Source: Cetorhinus maximus
Taxonomy: Eukaryota
NCBI RefSeq assembly: GCF_964194155.1
Contig: NC_135901.1
Span: 26,040,001-26,104,000 of the forward strand
Direction of reading: 5' to 3'
Length of the DNA: 64,000 nt
Part shown: piece after piece, positions 62,482-64,000 of the stretch
Numbering within the stretch: the first letter of the stretch is position 1
Layout of the letters: each line of letters starts with the position of its first letter
Made by a program: the position numbers and the translations under genes
The notes under the pieces: generated by a model
Told to the model about the DNA's origin: nothing
Databases searched by the model: none
Seen by the model: the letters and a program-made list of their open reading frames with translations, nothing else

Positions 62482-63209
62482 CACGTTACCCTCGAGGTGG
62501 CTGTGGTGGGGAAGACACTGTTATTCACCTCCTTCTGGAATGTGCCTTTGGAAAGAAGGTCTGGAGAGAGATACAGTGGCTTTTGTCCAAATTCATCCTG
62601 AGCAATGCTGTGACACAGGACTCTGTGCTCTACGGGCTGTTCCCAGGGACACGCAGCGAGACAAACATCAACTGCAGCTGGAGGATCATCAACTCGGTGA
62701 AAGAAACTTTGGTCTGCCTGAAACTTGTTGGTCTTCCGGTGCAAGGAGTTGTCCCCAGCCGAGTGTTGCAGACTGACACATTCCAAGGTCTAGGACCACA
62801 TGCTGAGGGACGCACTAAAGCTTGGGGCAGCCACTGCAAAGGTGCAATGGGGAAAGGTCACTGTCTAAGACCTTTCTGCCACAGTGCACCGAGATGCTGG
62901 GAATTGTATGGACCCCTTGGGCTGTACGGCTCACAATGAATGTATGTAGTGAATACTAAATGTATTATAATTGTACCTCAGAGTGCAACATGATGTATGT
63001 TGATAACTCCAATACTATTGCACTGTCTGACAACCTGTAATGACCATAATGAAATGACTGTAATATTCATTGATTGTATTGAAGCACCTCATGATCCATG
63101 TGTAAAAGTTGAATCTGATTGCACTTTTTGTGATGGCCAACTAGAAATGTTTCGTAATGTTCTTTCAGGTGTTTTATGAATAAAGTATATTTTTCAAAAA
63201 AAGTAAATA
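62482..63209 (+). mobile_element. 5'-truncated Tx1/L1-group LINE (C-terminal CCHC domain, 3'UTR, poly(A))
   Basis: PRGGCGGEDTVIHLLLECAFGKKVW..WRIINSVKE; AATAAA plus A-tail; TSD. Confidence 0.75.
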
Positions 63210-64000
63210 AATTTCAGAGCTTCATGCCTAGGCCCTGCCAGCAATGGTGGGGTAATTAAAATCAGGGATGCTCTAAGAGGATAGAATGAGGGGAGCGCAG
63301 ATATATCAGAGAGTGTGAAACTGGAGATTATGGAGATAGGGAGGGTTGAAGTCATGGTTGGATTTGAAAACAAGAATGTAATTTTTAAAATTGAGGCATT
63401 GCTTGACCAGGAGCCACTGTAGGTCAGTGAGTGATGGGTGAACAAGACTTGGTGTGAGAAAGCACATGGGCAGCAGAGTTTTGGATGATCTCACGTTTCC
63501 ATGTTGGGGTGGGGTGAACATGAGAGGCTGATCAGAAATGCATTGGAATCATCGAGTCTAAAGGTAACATGGGCATGGATGAAGGTTTCAGTAGCAGATG
63601 AGCTGGGGTGGGGTGGAGACAGGCGACGTTATGGAGATTGAAATATCTGGTATTAGTGATGGTTAGAAATGTGGTCAGAATGTCATCTTGGGTTCAAATT
63701 GGGCTTTGGTCTTCCCAATTATTAATTGGGGGAAATTTCTGCTTATCCAGTACTGGATGTTGGATAAGCAGTGTGATAATTTAGTAACAGTGGAGGAATG
63801 GAGAGGGATGGTGGTGAGGTAGAGCTGGGCGTTGTCAGTGTACATGTGAAAACTAACATGGTGCTTTTGGATGATGTCACCTAGTGGCAGCCTGTAAATG
63901 AGGAATAGGAGGGACCAATGATAGATCCTTGGGGGACACCATGTACAAGGACTTTGGAGAGGAAAGGGAGGTTGGAGACGGGGTGGTAGTTTGCAAAAAC
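63210..64000 (-). mobile_element. L2 fragment, inverted duplicate of 1080-1980
   Basis: Shares idiosyncratic sequence (TTCACCCCACCCC..GGAAA(T/C)GTGAGATCATCC) with the ZF1 3' flank. Confidence 0.75.

Overview
Vertebrate genomic DNA, most likely a cartilaginous fish (inferred from MEKPWKC-type zinc-finger genes, Deu-domain SINEs and abundant CR1/L2/Penelope retroelements). The window is a cluster of about 11 paralogous C2H2 zinc-finger gene units with no recognisable KRAB, SCAN or BTB domain. ZF1, ZF2, ZF5, ZF6 and ZF7 have long open finger arrays; the rest are disrupted. The first six alternate in orientation, head-to-head around CpG-rich promoters and tail-to-tail. Most units share a short exon 1, a conserved acceptor, a leader of decayed fingers, a finger array and a conserved 3' block. 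The spacers hold CR1, L2, RTE, Tx1 and Penelope retroelements (with hammerhead ribozyme motifs), a Copia-like remnant, solo LTRs, SINEs, two minisatellites and a 200-N gap. The most notable observation is a conserved in-frame peptide (consensus [17 protein letters not shown]) lying just behind the stop codon of most paralogs and fused in-frame in ZF6; it is a candidate cryptic effector tail. All alignments were done by eye and repeat boundaries are approximate.
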